A DNA stretch of 64,000 nucleotides, from the NCBI GenBank assembly GCA_965117035.1, contig OZ220748.1, positions 1,607,429 to 1,671,428 on the forward strand, read 5' to 3'. This DNA is from Dehalococcoidia bacterium (lineage in GTDB: Bacteria; Chloroflexota; Dehalococcoidia; Lucifugimonadales; CAZENU01). Numbering within the stretch: position 1 is the stretch's first letter; every line of letters begins with the position of its first letter. Below are positions 1-9,260 of this stretch, one piece after another. The notes below the pieces were generated by a model. That model was not told where the DNA came from. It did no database searches and saw only the letters and a list, made by a program, of their open reading frames with translations. Both the position numbers and the translations under genes were made by a program.

Positions 1-1
1 G

Positions 2-799
2 GGCATGCAGCGCTACCTGCTGGTGCCGAACGCCTCCAACGCGGACGCGGTGATCGGCTGGCTGCGCCGGTGGCGGCGGGACGAGGACCGCGTCGAGATC
101 GAGATCCTCACGGACGAGCTCGCGATGATCGCGCTGCAGGGGCCGGCGGCGCAGCTCGTCCTGTCGGGCCTGACCAACCACGACCTGACGTCGATGCGGC
201 TGTTCAGGGCGGCGGAGATCGAGGTCTCCGGCGCGCCGTCCATCGTCGCCCGCACGGGCTACACCGGGGAGGACGGCTTCGAGCTCATGGTGCCGTCCGG
301 CGACGCGGCGAGGATATGGCGGGCGCTGAGCGACGGGGGCGCCGTGCCGTGCGCGCTCGGGGCGCGGGACGTGCTGCGCCTGGAGGCGGGGCTGCCGCTT
401 CACGGCAACGACATCGACGCGAGCACGAACCCGTACGAGGCCGGGCTGGGCAGGTTCGTCCACGTCGACCGGGACGGCTACGTCGCCCGGGAGGCTTTGA
501 CGCGCCTCCGGGACAAGGAGCCGGAGCGCAGGCTGATCGGCTTCGACGTGGTCGGCCGGGGCATCGCGCGGCAGGGCTTCGCCCTCATCGCGGACGGCGA
601 GCGGGTCGGCGAAGTTACCAGCGGGAACTACTCTCCCACGCTTGACAGTGCTATAGGCATGGGCTATGTTCGGAACGAGTTTTCGGACCCTGGGACTCCG
701 CTCCACGTGGACGTCCGGGGCCGCCTGGTGGAGGCCGAAGTGACGCTGCTTCCCTTCTACGCCGAGCGGCAGGCCCCGATACTCGCGCCCATCGGATAA
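2..799 (+). CDS. gcvT: aminomethyltransferase, glycine cleavage T protein (5' end outside window)
   Basis: ORF runs off the left edge. GYTGEDGFEL-type folate-binding region and C-terminal barrel; followed by gcvH-gcvPA-gcvPB. Confidence 0.9.
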   Translation, partial: GMQRYLLVPNASNADAVIGWLRRWRRDEDRVEIEILTDELAMIALQGPAAQLVLSGLTNHDLTSMRLFRAAEIEVSGAPSIVARTGYTGEDGFELMVPSGDAARIWRALSDGGAVPCALGARDVLRLEAGLPLHGNDIDASTNPYEAGLGRFVHVDRDGYVAREALTRLRDKEPERRLIGFDVVGRGIARQGFALIADGERVGEVTSGNYSPTLDSAIGMGYVRNEFSDPGTPLHVDVRGRLVEAEVTLLPFYAERQAPILAPIG

Positions 800-848
800 C
801 GAAGACCCGGCTGACAATCAACACCCACCACTTGCGGACAGGGAGCGC

Positions 849-1238
849 ATGACAACCCCCTCCGACCTCAGGTACATCAAGGAGCACGACTGGGTGCGCG
901 TGGACGACGACGGGACCGCGACGTTCGGGATCACCGACCACGCCCAGGACAGCCTCGGAGACGTGGTGTTCGTCGACCTTCCCGAGCCCGGCACAGCGGT
1001 ATCTCAGTCCGAACCGTTCGGCGAGGTCGAGTCGGTCAAGGCCGTGTCGGAGTTGATAGCGCCGCTGAGCGGGACTGTCGTAGAGAGCAACGGCGCCGTC
1101 GTCGACGCTCCCGAGCTGGTGAACGAGTCTCCTTACGAGGAAGGGTGGCTGGTGAAGGTGGAGGTGGCGGACGCGTCCGAGCTGGACGGCCTGATGTCCG
1201 CGGAGGAGTACGACTCCTTCCTGGCGTCCGGGTCGTAG
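849..1238 (+). CDS. gcvH: glycine cleavage system H protein
   Basis: 129 aa with lipoyl-lysine context GEVESVKAVSEL; lies between gcvT and gcvP. Confidence 0.92.
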   Translation: MTTPSDLRYIKEHDWVRVDDDGTATFGITDHAQDSLGDVVFVDLPEPGTAVSQSEPFGEVESVKAVSELIAPLSGTVVESNGAVVDAPELVNESPYEEGWLVKVEVADASELDGLMSAEEYDSFLASGS

Positions 1239-1259
1239 CCGCCCTCGGTCCTCCGCAGC

Positions 1260-2582
1260 ATGGGCTTCACCTCACCCTACACGCCGAACACCGATTCCGA
1301 CCGGCGGGCCATGCTGGACGCCATCGGCGTCGACTCGGTGGACGACCTGTTCTCGGACATCCCGGCGGAGCACCGCAACCCCGGACTCGACCTTCCGCCG
1401 CCGACCTCGGAGCTGGAGCTGCGGCGCGAGATCGAGGCGATGGCGGGCGAGAACGTCACGCCCGGCAGCTACCCGTCGTTCCTGGGCGGCGGCGCGTACC
1501 GCCACTTCGTCCCCGCCGTGGTGCGGCAGATCGCCTCCCGCAGCGAGTTCATGACCTGCTACACGCCGTACCAGCCGGAGGTGTCGCAGGGCACGCTGCA
1601 GGCGCACTACGAGTTCCAGTCCATGGTGTGCCAGCTAACCGGGATGGAGGTCGCCAACGCCGGCATGTACGACGGCGCGACCTCGATGGCAGAGGCGGTG
1701 CTCATGGCCGCCCGGGTGACCCGGAGAGAGGGCGTCGCCGTGCTCGATACGGTGTCGCCGTACTACAGGGACGTGCTGGCCACCTACGTGCAGGCGCCCG
1801 GACTGCGGATCGACGCAGTCTCGCCGGACGACGACGCGCTCGCCGACGACACCGCGTGCCTGGTCGTGCAGCAGCCGGGCTTCCTGGGCTGCCTGGAGGA
1901 CCTGGAGGCGCTGTCGCGCAGGGCGCACGACAGCGGCGCGCTGCTGGTCGTCGTCGCGGACCCGATATCGCTGGCGATGTTCAGGCCGCCCGGGGACTAC
2001 GACGCCGACATCGTCGTGGCGGAGGGGCAGCCGCTGGGCATCGCGCCGACCTTCGGCGGGCCGTACGTCGGCATATTCGCCTGCAAGCAGCGCTACGTCA
2101 GGCAGATGCCGGGCCGCATCGTCGGCCGTACGGTCGACTCGCGGGGCCGCACCGGATACGTGCTCACGCTGCAGGCGCGGGAGCAGCACATCCGCCGCGA
2201 GAAGGCGACCTCCAACATATGCACGTCCGTCGGGCTGATCGCGCTGATGTCGGCGGTGTACATGGGCGCCCAGGGCAAGCAGGGGCTGCGGCACGTCGCC
2301 GAGCTGTGCTACCACAAGGCGCACTACGCGGCGTCGCTGGTCCGCGACATCCCCGGCTACTCGCTGCCCATCGACGGCACCTTCTTCCGCGAGTTCGTCG
2401 TGCGGTGCCCGAAGCCGCCCGCGGAGACGAACCGGCTGCTGCTGGAGCGCGGCATCATCGGCGGCCTCGACGTGAGCGACCAGGTGGCCGACGGCATGCT
2501 GCTCTGCTTCACCGAGGTGAACAGCCGGGAGGAGATCGACTCGCTGGCCGAGGCGCTGGCGGAAATTGGGGGGGCGTCGTGA
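1260..2582 (+). CDS. gcvPA: glycine dehydrogenase (decarboxylating) subunit 1
   Basis: 440 aa; CYTPYQPEVSQGTLQ motif typical of the N-terminal half of a split P protein. Confidence 0.9.
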   Translation: MGFTSPYTPNTDSDRRAMLDAIGVDSVDDLFSDIPAEHRNPGLDLPPPTSELELRREIEAMAGENVTPGSYPSFLGGGAYRHFVPAVVRQIASRSEFMTCYTPYQPEVSQGTLQAHYEFQSMVCQLTGMEVANAGMYDGATSMAEAVLMAARVTRREGVAVLDTVSPYYRDVLATYVQAPGLRIDAVSPDDDALADDTACLVVQQPGFLGCLEDLEALSRRAHDSGALLVVVADPISLAMFRPPGDYDADIVVAEGQPLGIAPTFGGPYVGIFACKQRYVRQMPGRIVGRTVDSRGRTGYVLTLQAREQHIRREKATSNICTSVGLIALMSAVYMGAQGKQGLRHVAELCYHKAHYAASLVRDIPGYSLPIDGTFFREFVVRCPKPPAETNRLLLERGIIGGLDVSDQVADGMLLCFTEVNSREEIDSLAEALAEIGGAS

Positions 2583-4066
2583 ACGCGGCGAGCCTCGGCG
2601 GCGACGACCGCAGGCGCCGGCTGCTGATGGACCGCAGCGTCCCCGGCAGGCTGGGCACGACGCTGCCGCCGCTGGACGTGCCCGCCCAGGAGCTTCCACC
2701 GGCGGAGGTGCTGCGCGACTCGCTGGAGATGCCCGAGGTGTCCGAGGGCGAGCTGGTGCGCTACTTCTCGCAGATCAGCCAGTTCAACTTCTCGATCGAC
2801 CACAACTTCTACCCGCTTGGGAGCTGTACGATGAAGTACAACCCCAAGCTCAACGACGAGATGGCCGGCCTCCCGGGGATGTCGGAGATACACCCCCACC
2901 AGCCCGACTCGACGGTGCAGGGCGCGTTGAGGCTCGTGCACGAGCTGCAGGGCTACCTGACCGAGATATCGGGCATGGCCGCGACGAGCCTGGCGCCCAA
3001 GGCGGGCGCCGAGAGCGAGCTCGCGGGGATGCTCATGGCGCGGGCGTACCATCTCGCCAACGGCGAGGGCGACCGGCGGGACGTGCTCGTCCCCGACAGC
3101 GCGCACGGCACCAACCCGGCGTCGGCGGCGATGGCCGGCTTCAGGCTGGTCGAGCTGCCCTCCGACGCGTCCGGCAACACCGACCTCGAGGCGCTGGAGG
3201 CCGCCGCCGGAGACGGCCTGGCCGCCTTCATGCTCACGCAGCCGAGCACGTTGGGACTGTTCGACACGAACATCCTGGAGGTCACGCGCATCGTCCGCGC
3301 GGCGGGCGGCGTCGTCTACGGCGATGGGGCGAACCTGAACGCGCTGCTGGGCCGGGTCAAGCTGGGCGAGCTCGGCTTCGACGTGGTCCACTCGAACCTG
3401 CACAAGACCTTCACGCAGCCGCACGGCGGCGGCGGGCCGGGAGCGGGCGCCGTCATGGTCAGCGAGCGGCTCGTGCCGTTCCTCCCGACGCCCGTCGTGG
3501 ACCGGCTGGAGGAGGACGGCGCGACGCGTTACGCTCTCGGGTCTCCGCCGCGGTCGATCGGCCGCATGGGCGCGTTCCACGGCAACTTCGGCGCGCTCGT
3601 GCGCGCGTACGCGTACATCCGGACGCTCGGCGACGAGGGGATAGCCCGCATCAGCGAGGACGCGGTCGTCAACGCCAACTATGTGCTGAGCCAGCTCCGG
3701 GACGACTACGATCTGCCGTACGACCGCACCTGCTTCCACGAAGTGGTGCTCTCCGCAAGCAACCTGAAGCAGGACCACGACGTCAGCGCGCTGGACGTGG
3801 CGAAGCGGCTGATCGATTACGGCATCCACCCGCCGACGATGTACTTTCCGCTGATCGTCGACGAGGCGCTGATGATCGAGCCGACCGAGACGGAGAGCCT
3901 GGAGACGCTCGACCACTTCATCGCTGTCATGAAGGCGATCGCCCGCGAGGCGGCCGAGGACCCCGACCTGGTGCGCTCCGCCCCGCACGACACGCCGAAC
4001 TCGCGCCTCGACGAGGCGGCCGCCGCGCGCCGGCCCAACCTGCGCTGGCGCCCGGCCTCGGATTAG
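2579..4066 (+). CDS. gcvPB: glycine dehydrogenase (decarboxylating) subunit 2
   Basis: GTG 2579 overlaps the gcvPA stop (GTGA); alternative ATG at 2627. PLP-lysine context SNLHKTF. The 1145 start in the ORF track is an out-of-gene extension. Confidence 0.88.
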   Translation: MNAASLGGDDRRRRLLMDRSVPGRLGTTLPPLDVPAQELPPAEVLRDSLEMPEVSEGELVRYFSQISQFNFSIDHNFYPLGSCTMKYNPKLNDEMAGLPGMSEIHPHQPDSTVQGALRLVHELQGYLTEISGMAATSLAPKAGAESELAGMLMARAYHLANGEGDRRDVLVPDSAHGTNPASAAMAGFRLVELPSDASGNTDLEALEAAAGDGLAAFMLTQPSTLGLFDTNILEVTRIVRAAGGVVYGDGANLNALLGRVKLGELGFDVVHSNLHKTFTQPHGGGGPGAGAVMVSERLVPFLPTPVVDRLEEDGATRYALGSPPRSIGRMGAFHGNFGALVRAYAYIRTLGDEGIARISEDAVVNANYVLSQLRDDYDLPYDRTCFHEVVLSASNLKQDHDVSALDVAKRLIDYGIHPPTMYFPLIVDEALMIEPTETESLETLDHFIAVMKAIAREAAEDPDLVRSAPHDTPNSRLDEAAAARRPNLRWRPASD

Positions 4067-4100
4067 AGCGCACACCCTCACACGGACAAGGAGGACAGAC

Positions 4101-4553
4101 ATGGTGGAAACAGGAGATCAGGCGCCGGACTTCACGCTGGTCGACCAGAACCGCGACGAGGTGACGCTCAGCCAGTTCCGAGGCGACAAGAGCGTCGTCC
4201 TCTCCTGGCACATACACTCGTTCACAGGCGGCTGAACGGACCAGGTATCCTCGTTCCGGGCCGCGAACCCGGACTTCGAGGAGAAGAATGCCCAGGTACT
4301 GGGCATCAGCACGAACGCGCAGCCGGCGCAGAACGCCTACTCGGTGTCGCTGGGGAACATCCCCTACCCGCTCCTGAGCGACTTCTACCCGCACGGCGAG
4401 GTCGCCAAGCAGTACGGCGTCTTCAACGAGGAGACCGGCGTCTCCTTCCGGGCGATCATCGTGGTGGGCAAGGACGGCGCCGTTCGCTTCAAGCGCGTAT
4501 ACACGAGCGCGGGCGACATCAGCATCGACGAGGTGCTGGCGGCCTGCGACTGA
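4101..4553 (+). CDS. peroxiredoxin/redoxin-like protein with in-frame UGA (codon 45, 4233-4235) at the T-x-x-C active site; candidate selenoprotein
   Basis: AAGGAGGA RBS before ATG 4101. Reads MVETGDQAPDFTLVD...HSFTGG-TGA-TDQVSSF and continues in the same frame as ORF 4344..4553 (VLGIST, YPLLSDFYPHG). Confidence 0.7.
4255..4273 (+). promoter_or_regulatory. candidate bacterial SECIS hairpin
   Basis: TCCGGG-CCGCGAA-CCCGGA, a 6-bp perfect stem starting 20 nt after UGA 4233-4235. Confidence 0.3.
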
Positions 4554-4614
4554 CGCCGACCGCCTCGCGGGTCAACCCTTTCGCAACTCTCGTCCGGGCC
4601 GAGGCGCGTCCGCT

Positions 4615-4823
4615 GATCCCGTCGTTCCCGTGAAGACGGGGACCCCTGCCCCCGCCGTGGGTTCCCGCCTGGGGAGACCTTTGCGTAACCCCTCGCGATG
4701 GAGCCCGACAGGGCGGACACCCGTGGATTTCATAGCTGAGCCCCCAACCCCCTGGGTTCCCGCCTGCGCGGGAATGACGGTTATGCAAGGGTCTCCCTGC
4801 GCGGGAACGACGAGAGTGGGTCG
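4615..4823. repeat. cluster of REP-like hairpin repeats (GGGTTCCCGC-N-GCGGGAATGACGGTTATGCAAG family)
   Basis: Unit 4754-4789, degenerate unit 4790-4823 and related hairpins at 4618-4680. Same family as 54688-54850 and 53465-53665. Confidence 0.6.
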
Positions 4824-4827
4824 TTGA

Positions 4828-4833
4828 TATAAT
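4828..4833 (+). promoter_or_regulatory. candidate -10 box (TATAAT) within the conserved 15-mer GATATAATGGCGCCC
   Basis: Lies 30 nt upstream of ATG 4863; an identical 15-mer is at 21056-21070. The -35 is weak. Confidence 0.3.
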
Positions 4834-4862
4834 GGCGCCCTCTTGTCCAGGAGGTGCGGCCC

Positions 4863-5378
4863 ATGATTGGAGTCGGCAGCGAGGCCCCGGACTTCACCCT
4901 CGTCGACCACAACAAGCGCGACGTGACGCTGAGCGGCTACCGGGGCCGCAAGAACGTCGTCCTGTCGTTTCATATCTACACCTTCACGGACGGCTGACGG
5001 GACCAGATTCTCTCGTTCATGGCGATGGGGCGCCAGTTCGAGAAGAGGGATACCCAGGTACTGGGTATTAGCACCGACGCCAGGCCGACCCAGGCCGCCT
5101 ACTATCTTTGCATGGGCCCCACGCTCTACTACCCGATCCCGCTGCTGAGCGATTTCCACCCCAAGGGGGCGGTGAGCAGGCTCTACGGCGTCTACGACGA
5201 CGAGATGGGCACGGCGAAGCGCGCCGTCGTCATGATCGACAAGGACGGTGTCGTGCGATCGGCGCGTCTCTACACCAGCGTGATCAAGGCCACCACGACA
5301 GGCCAGGCCTACGTCGAGTCGGACCTCGACGCGGCGAACGTGCTCGACGAGCTCGACGAGCTGCTGGGGGCCGGATAG
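4863..5378 (+). CDS. peroxiredoxin/redoxin-like protein, paralog 2, with in-frame UGA (codon 45, 4995-4997); candidate selenoprotein
   Basis: AGGAGG RBS. Reads MIGVGSEAPDFTLVD...YTFTDG-TGA-RDQILSF and continues in the frame of ORF 5019..5378 (VLGISTD, IPLLSDFHPKG). Confidence 0.7.
5020..5035 (+). promoter_or_regulatory. candidate bacterial SECIS hairpin
   Basis: TGGCG-ATGGGG-CGCCA, starting 23 nt after UGA 4995-4997. Confidence 0.25.
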
Positions 5379-5393
5379 CGCCGGAGACACGGA

Positions 5394-6230
5394 ATGACCG
5401 AGCGAGTCCCCAGGTACGTATTCGAGGAAGGCGACTACGCCCTGGTCGTCGACCGGCGCGGCCGGCGCTACTTCATGCGCCTGGAGGCGGACGGGAGGTT
5501 CAACTCGCATCTCGGCCATTTCCGCCACGACGTGCTGTTCGGGCAGAACGAGGGCGCGCGGGTCGAGACGTCGAAGGGCCACTGGCTGCTGGCGGTCAAG
5601 CCGACGATGGCCGACTTCACGCGCGAGATGCCGCGCATCGCCACCATCGTCTACCCGAAGGACCTGGGCGCGGTGATCGTCTACGGCGACCTGTTCCCCG
5701 GCGCGCGGGTGCTGGAGGCGGGCAGCGGCTCGGGAGCGCTCACGATGGCGATAGCGCGCGCCGTCGGACGCGACGGCATGGTCGTCTCGTACGACGTGCG
5801 CGACGACATGACGGAGCGGGCGCGGGAGAACGTCGACGCGATGCTCGACGACCACTCCTGGGTCACCTTCAAGAAGGGGGACGTGTACGAGGGCTTCGAG
5901 GAGACGGAGCTCGACCGCGTCGTGCTCGACCTGCCGGAGCCGTGGCACGTCGTGCCGCACGCGCTGCGGGCGCTGGTGCCGGGCGGCATCTTCCTGGCAT
6001 TCGTGCCGACGGTCGTGCAGTTCACCGAGGTGACGCGCGCGCTGAAGGCCGAGCGGTCGTTCGAGCTGATCGAGACGGTCGAGGTGCTGATGCGCCCGTG
6101 GGAGGTCGCGGGACGCAGCGTCAGGCCGTCGCACCGGATGGTCGGCCACACCGGCTTCATCACCACCGCCCGCAAGTGCGACCCGCGGCAGACATCGGAC
6201 GACGACAGCGACGACACCACACAGGAGTGA
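5394..6230 (+). CDS. trmI: tRNA (adenine-N1)-methyltransferase, TrmI/Gcd14 family
   Basis: 278 aa. N-terminal beta domain plus SAM motif VLEAGSGSGALT and TrmI-like layout. Confidence 0.8.
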   Translation: MTERVPRYVFEEGDYALVVDRRGRRYFMRLEADGRFNSHLGHFRHDVLFGQNEGARVETSKGHWLLAVKPTMADFTREMPRIATIVYPKDLGAVIVYGDLFPGARVLEAGSGSGALTMAIARAVGRDGMVVSYDVRDDMTERARENVDAMLDDHSWVTFKKGDVYEGFEETELDRVVLDLPEPWHVVPHALRALVPGGIFLAFVPTVVQFTEVTRALKAERSFELIETVEVLMRPWEVAGRSVRPSHRMVGHTGFITTARKCDPRQTSDDDSDDTTQE

Positions 6231-6233
6231 GAG

Positions 6234-6791
6234 ATGGACAGAGCAGCAGCCAACCAGGTAGTCGAAGATCACGTCGAGAGCGATAGCCTGAAGCGGCACC
6301 TCTTCGCGGTGGAGACGTGCATGCGCGCCTACGCCCGCAAGGAGGGCGAGGACGAGGAGAAGTGGGGCATCGCGGGCCTGCTGCACGACTTCGACTGGGA
6401 GGTGTGCCCGACCCCGGAGTCGCACCCGACGTTCGGGGCGGAGATCCTGCGGTCGCGCGGCTTCCCGGAGGAGATCGTCCGCGCCGTGCTGTCCCACGGC
6501 AACCACACAGGCATCGCGCGCGAGACGACGATGGAGAAGGCGCTCTTCGCCTGCGACGAGCTGTCCGGCTTCGTCACGGCCGTCGCGCTCGTGCGGCCGA
6601 CGAAGGCGCTGTCGGACACGAAGGTCAGCTCGGTGAAGCGCAAGATGAAGGACAAGGCGTTCGCCAAGTCTGTCAGCCGGGACGACATGCGGCAGGGCGC
6701 GGAGGAGCTCGGCGTCGAGCTGGACGACCTGATCGCCTTCGTCATCGACGCGCTCAAGCCCGTCGCCCCGCAGCTGGGCCTGAACCCGTAG
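6234..6791 (+). CDS. HD-domain phosphohydrolase
   Basis: 185 aa; LLHDFDWE histidine-aspartate signature. Confidence 0.75.
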   Translation: MDRAAANQVVEDHVESDSLKRHLFAVETCMRAYARKEGEDEEKWGIAGLLHDFDWEVCPTPESHPTFGAEILRSRGFPEEIVRAVLSHGNHTGIARETTMEKALFACDELSGFVTAVALVRPTKALSDTKVSSVKRKMKDKAFAKSVSRDDMRQGAEELGVELDDLIAFVIDALKPVAPQLGLNP

Positions 6792-6833
6792 GGTAGCGGG
6801 ATAGCGGATAGTGAATAGTGGATAGTGGATAGT
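6792..6833 (+). repeat. GGATAGT heptamer tract (about 6 units)
   Basis: gggtagc gggatagc ggatagt gaatagt ggatagt ggatagt, immediately after the stop codon at 6789-6791. Confidence 0.75.
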
Positions 6834-6867
6834 TAAGAGGAAGAGCGGTCGGCGATTCGTCGCGTGT

Positions 6868-6966
6868 GGCTCCTCCTCCCTCTAGCTCCCTCCCGCCAGG
6901 TGCCAGGGGAGGGAGGACAAGATCTGCCCCCTCTCCCTTGACGGGAGAGGGCTGGGGTGAGGGTGA
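6868..6966. repeat. REP-like composite element (CCCTCTCCC..GGGAGAGGG / GGTGAGGGTG family)
   Basis: Hairpins CTCCCTCCCgccaggtgccagGGGAGGGAG and CCCTCTCCCttgacGGGAGAGGG followed by ctggggtgagggtga. Related to 55658-55876. Confidence 0.55.
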
Positions 6967-6998
6967 ACCTACTACAGCGACTAGCTTCGCCCGGGGGA

Positions 6999-8180
6999 CT
7001 AGACGCCGAAGTCGTCCGGTTGCCAGGCGAGGTGGGGGTACCGGGCCTCCAGCAGCCTGGCGTGCTCATCGGTCAGCGTCGGCAGTGGCAGTTCTTCGGG
7101 TGTCGGCCCGCCCTCTGCCAGCCCATCCAGCGATGCGTCGTCCTTGGCCTGCAGCAGAACCTTGAAGGCGCCGAGGCCGTCGGGCTTGATCAGGTCGCGC
7201 ATCCCCACCAGGTTGGCCATGCGGTGCGGTTCCGGCATCGGCTCGCGCCGCATCCGCTCGATCCAGACGCGCAGGCCCGCCTCGTCCAGGAACCGCCCCT
7301 GGCTCCGGAGGCTGAACGGCAGCAGCCCGGCGCGGCGGCCCTCCTCGACGACGTGGGTGAAGTCGACGTGGGCCGTCAGGTCCTGCTCCCCGACGCGCTC
7401 GTACGGCGACGCGCCGCCGGTGTGCCGGTAGTAGCCCTGCACCGTGTCGGCGGTCCCGGCCGGGCCGAGCTCTTCGCGAACATAGCCGTAGTCGATCGTC
7501 AGCACGAACCCGCGCTCCAGGGACGCCGCGACGTCGGCCGACCACGGCGCGATGCCGGTGTTCATCTCGCCGCGGAAGCCGTCCCGCAGGTCGACGCCGA
7601 GTCCCTCGACGTAGTCCGCGAGCCCCGGCGTCGACGGCTCGTCCATCTCCTCGACGAGCCGGCCGTCCCTGGCGACGACGTAGACCTCGAGCACGCGTCC
7701 ATCCCGCACCTCGAAGCGGCGGACCGGGAAGGCGTCCAGCAGCTCGTTGGACAGCACGCATCCGACGACGCCGGCGAACGGCATCCGCGACGCCACCACG
7801 TGCCGGACGGCGTCGTCCGCGCGACCCGACCGGGCGCGGTCCACGGTGACGTAGTCCAACGCGTCCGCGAACGGCCCCAGCGCACGCCGCGCGTAGCCGA
7901 CGATGTCGCACGCCAGCAGTCCGCTCCCGGACCCCATCTCGACGGCGGTGAAGCGCCCCGGCCGGCCCATCGCCTCCCACATGCGGGAGAGCCGCACCGC
8001 GATCAGCGCGCCGAACGCCGGATGCGCCGCCGGGCTCGTGTAGTAGTCCGCGTCAGGGCCGGCGCCCGTGTAGTACCCGCCATGCGGGCCGTACAGCGCC
8101 GCCTCCATGAACTCGGCGAACGTAACGCGACCCCGCTGGGCGATACGGTCGCGTATCGCCTGCTCGGCGTCAGTGGTCAC
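6999..8180 (-). CDS. class I SAM-dependent methyltransferase, MidA/NDUFAF7 (DUF185) family
   Basis: 393 aa; FAEFMEAALYGPHGGYY and VEMGSGSGLL motifs. Confidence 0.8.
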   Translation of the reverse strand: MTTDAEQAIRDRIAQRGRVTFAEFMEAALYGPHGGYYTGAGPDADYYTSPAAHPAFGALIAVRLSRMWEAMGRPGRFTAVEMGSGSGLLACDIVGYARRALGPFADALDYVTVDRARSGRADDAVRHVVASRMPFAGVVGCVLSNELLDAFPVRRFEVRDGRVLEVYVVARDGRLVEEMDEPSTPGLADYVEGLGVDLRDGFRGEMNTGIAPWSADVAASLERGFVLTIDYGYVREELGPAGTADTVQGYYRHTGGASPYERVGEQDLTAHVDFTHVVEEGRRAGLLPFSLRSQGRFLDEAGLRVWIERMRREPMPEPHRMANLVGMRDLIKPDGLGAFKVLLQAKDDASLDGLAEGGPTPEELPLPTLTDEHARLLEARYPHLAWQPDDFGV

Positions 8181-8254
8181 GGTGGCGGCCGGCCTTCCGA
8201 AGGCACTGAGCTTGTTTGAAGGCGGTGAGCATCGCCGTTGCTAGGCAAACGTGG

Positions 8255-9232
8255 TCAGGGGGCTATCCCTAAACTTGGCCCTTCGCCGATCACTGCCAAA
8301 ATGCGGGCTTTCAGTTTCTCGCGCAATGCCGCAGGCTTGGCCCAGACTATGTGGCTGTAGTGGTTCGTATCGAAATGCAGTCCTTCGAGGGCATCGTCCC
8401 GACACGTAAAGATAACTGGCAACTCTAGACCGTGGGCAAAACCGGCTTCGTAGTAGACGCCGCCCCGTGCGCCGTCCGCCCCATGGGTAAAGTCGGCCAC
8501 GAGGAACCTCGAGCGACGAATCTCGGCTATGAGCTCGTCGTCTATCTTGTTGATGTGTTCTTTCCGGTCTATCCGCAATGGAGCGTAGCCAGCCTCCTCA
8601 ATGGCCGGTCTGATGCCGTCCTCGTAGGTCTCGGTCATGCTCTCATCAAACCACATGGCAACGAACGCTTGGGAAGAATCAACGTTCGTTTGTTGGTCCG
8701 CGATCTGACTGTATCCGTCTACGGTGATCTGTCCCTTGAACACATACGGCGCGAGGATTCCCGCTTTGAGCCAACCCTTGTCGGTCAAGTAGCTCAGGAA
8801 ATAGTGAACCTCAGGCCAATCGATCGATTCAGACCATGCAGATGCAAGACGACAGTCTTTCTGAGACACCGTCACTACGTCTCCAACAGTGGCAGCAGAC
8901 AGAGCGATGTATCGAAGCAGGCTCTCAGCTCGCTCGTGCACCCGGAGCGGACGTTTGGCTCTCGTGTAGTCGATGACGGACTCAGTAATCTCTGGCAGGG
9001 GAACTCCCTTCGCGCGCTGATCCACAAGCCAAGTCGTCAACCGCGCCTTCTCGGGGTTGGTCATCCTCTGAATGTTTGACGTTACTACCACGCGGTCGAC
9101 AACATATCCGCCTCCCGCACGACTAGAGTCATCGACCCTGAACGTATTGGTTTGCGGAATATAGATTCCGTCTGCCTGATCTCCCCAGATTGGACAAGAG
9201 GACAGTCCCTCTGTCATATCGCTGCGCTCCAC
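8255..9232 (-). CDS. two-domain protein: N-terminal possible winged-helix region plus C-terminal nucleoside 2-deoxyribosyltransferase-like (TIR/SLOG-related) domain
   Basis: 325 aa. C-terminus reads FVAMWFDESM...FLVADFTHGADGARGGVYYEAGFAHGLELPVIF, resembling the NDT-fold pattern with a conserved Glu (about E262). Local GC is lower. Confidence 0.55.
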   Translation of the reverse strand: MERSDMTEGLSSCPIWGDQADGIYIPQTNTFRVDDSSRAGGGYVVDRVVVTSNIQRMTNPEKARLTTWLVDQRAKGVPLPEITESVIDYTRAKRPLRVHERAESLLRYIALSAATVGDVVTVSQKDCRLASAWSESIDWPEVHYFLSYLTDKGWLKAGILAPYVFKGQITVDGYSQIADQQTNVDSSQAFVAMWFDESMTETYEDGIRPAIEEAGYAPLRIDRKEHINKIDDELIAEIRRSRFLVADFTHGADGARGGVYYEAGFAHGLELPVIFTCRDDALEGLHFDTNHYSHIVWAKPAALREKLKARILAVIGEGPSLGIAP

Positions 9233-9260
9233 GTTCTCTTGATCCGCAATGTCGGCAGAT

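Noticed and set aside
1145-2578. Upstream 478 codons of the 973-aa ORF 1145-4066, which could suggest a fused giant P protein.
   Set aside because: This part overlaps gcvH and gcvPA out of frame and translates to Arg/Gly-rich nonsense. Homology to GcvPB begins only near 2579-2627.
4572-6506. 644-aa minus-strand ORF spanning the Prx-trmI-HD region. Similar long antisense ORFs: 11663-13564(-), 12910-15096(-), 17698-19917(+), 30648-32492(+), 40122-42536(-), 48023-49438(-), 49874-51961(-), 56035-58683(+).
   Set aside because: These ORFs lie opposite genes with clear family motifs. They have Arg/Ala/Gly/Pro-rich low-complexity translations and no recognisable motifs or RBS. Such ORFs are expected in high-GC DNA where stop codons are rare.
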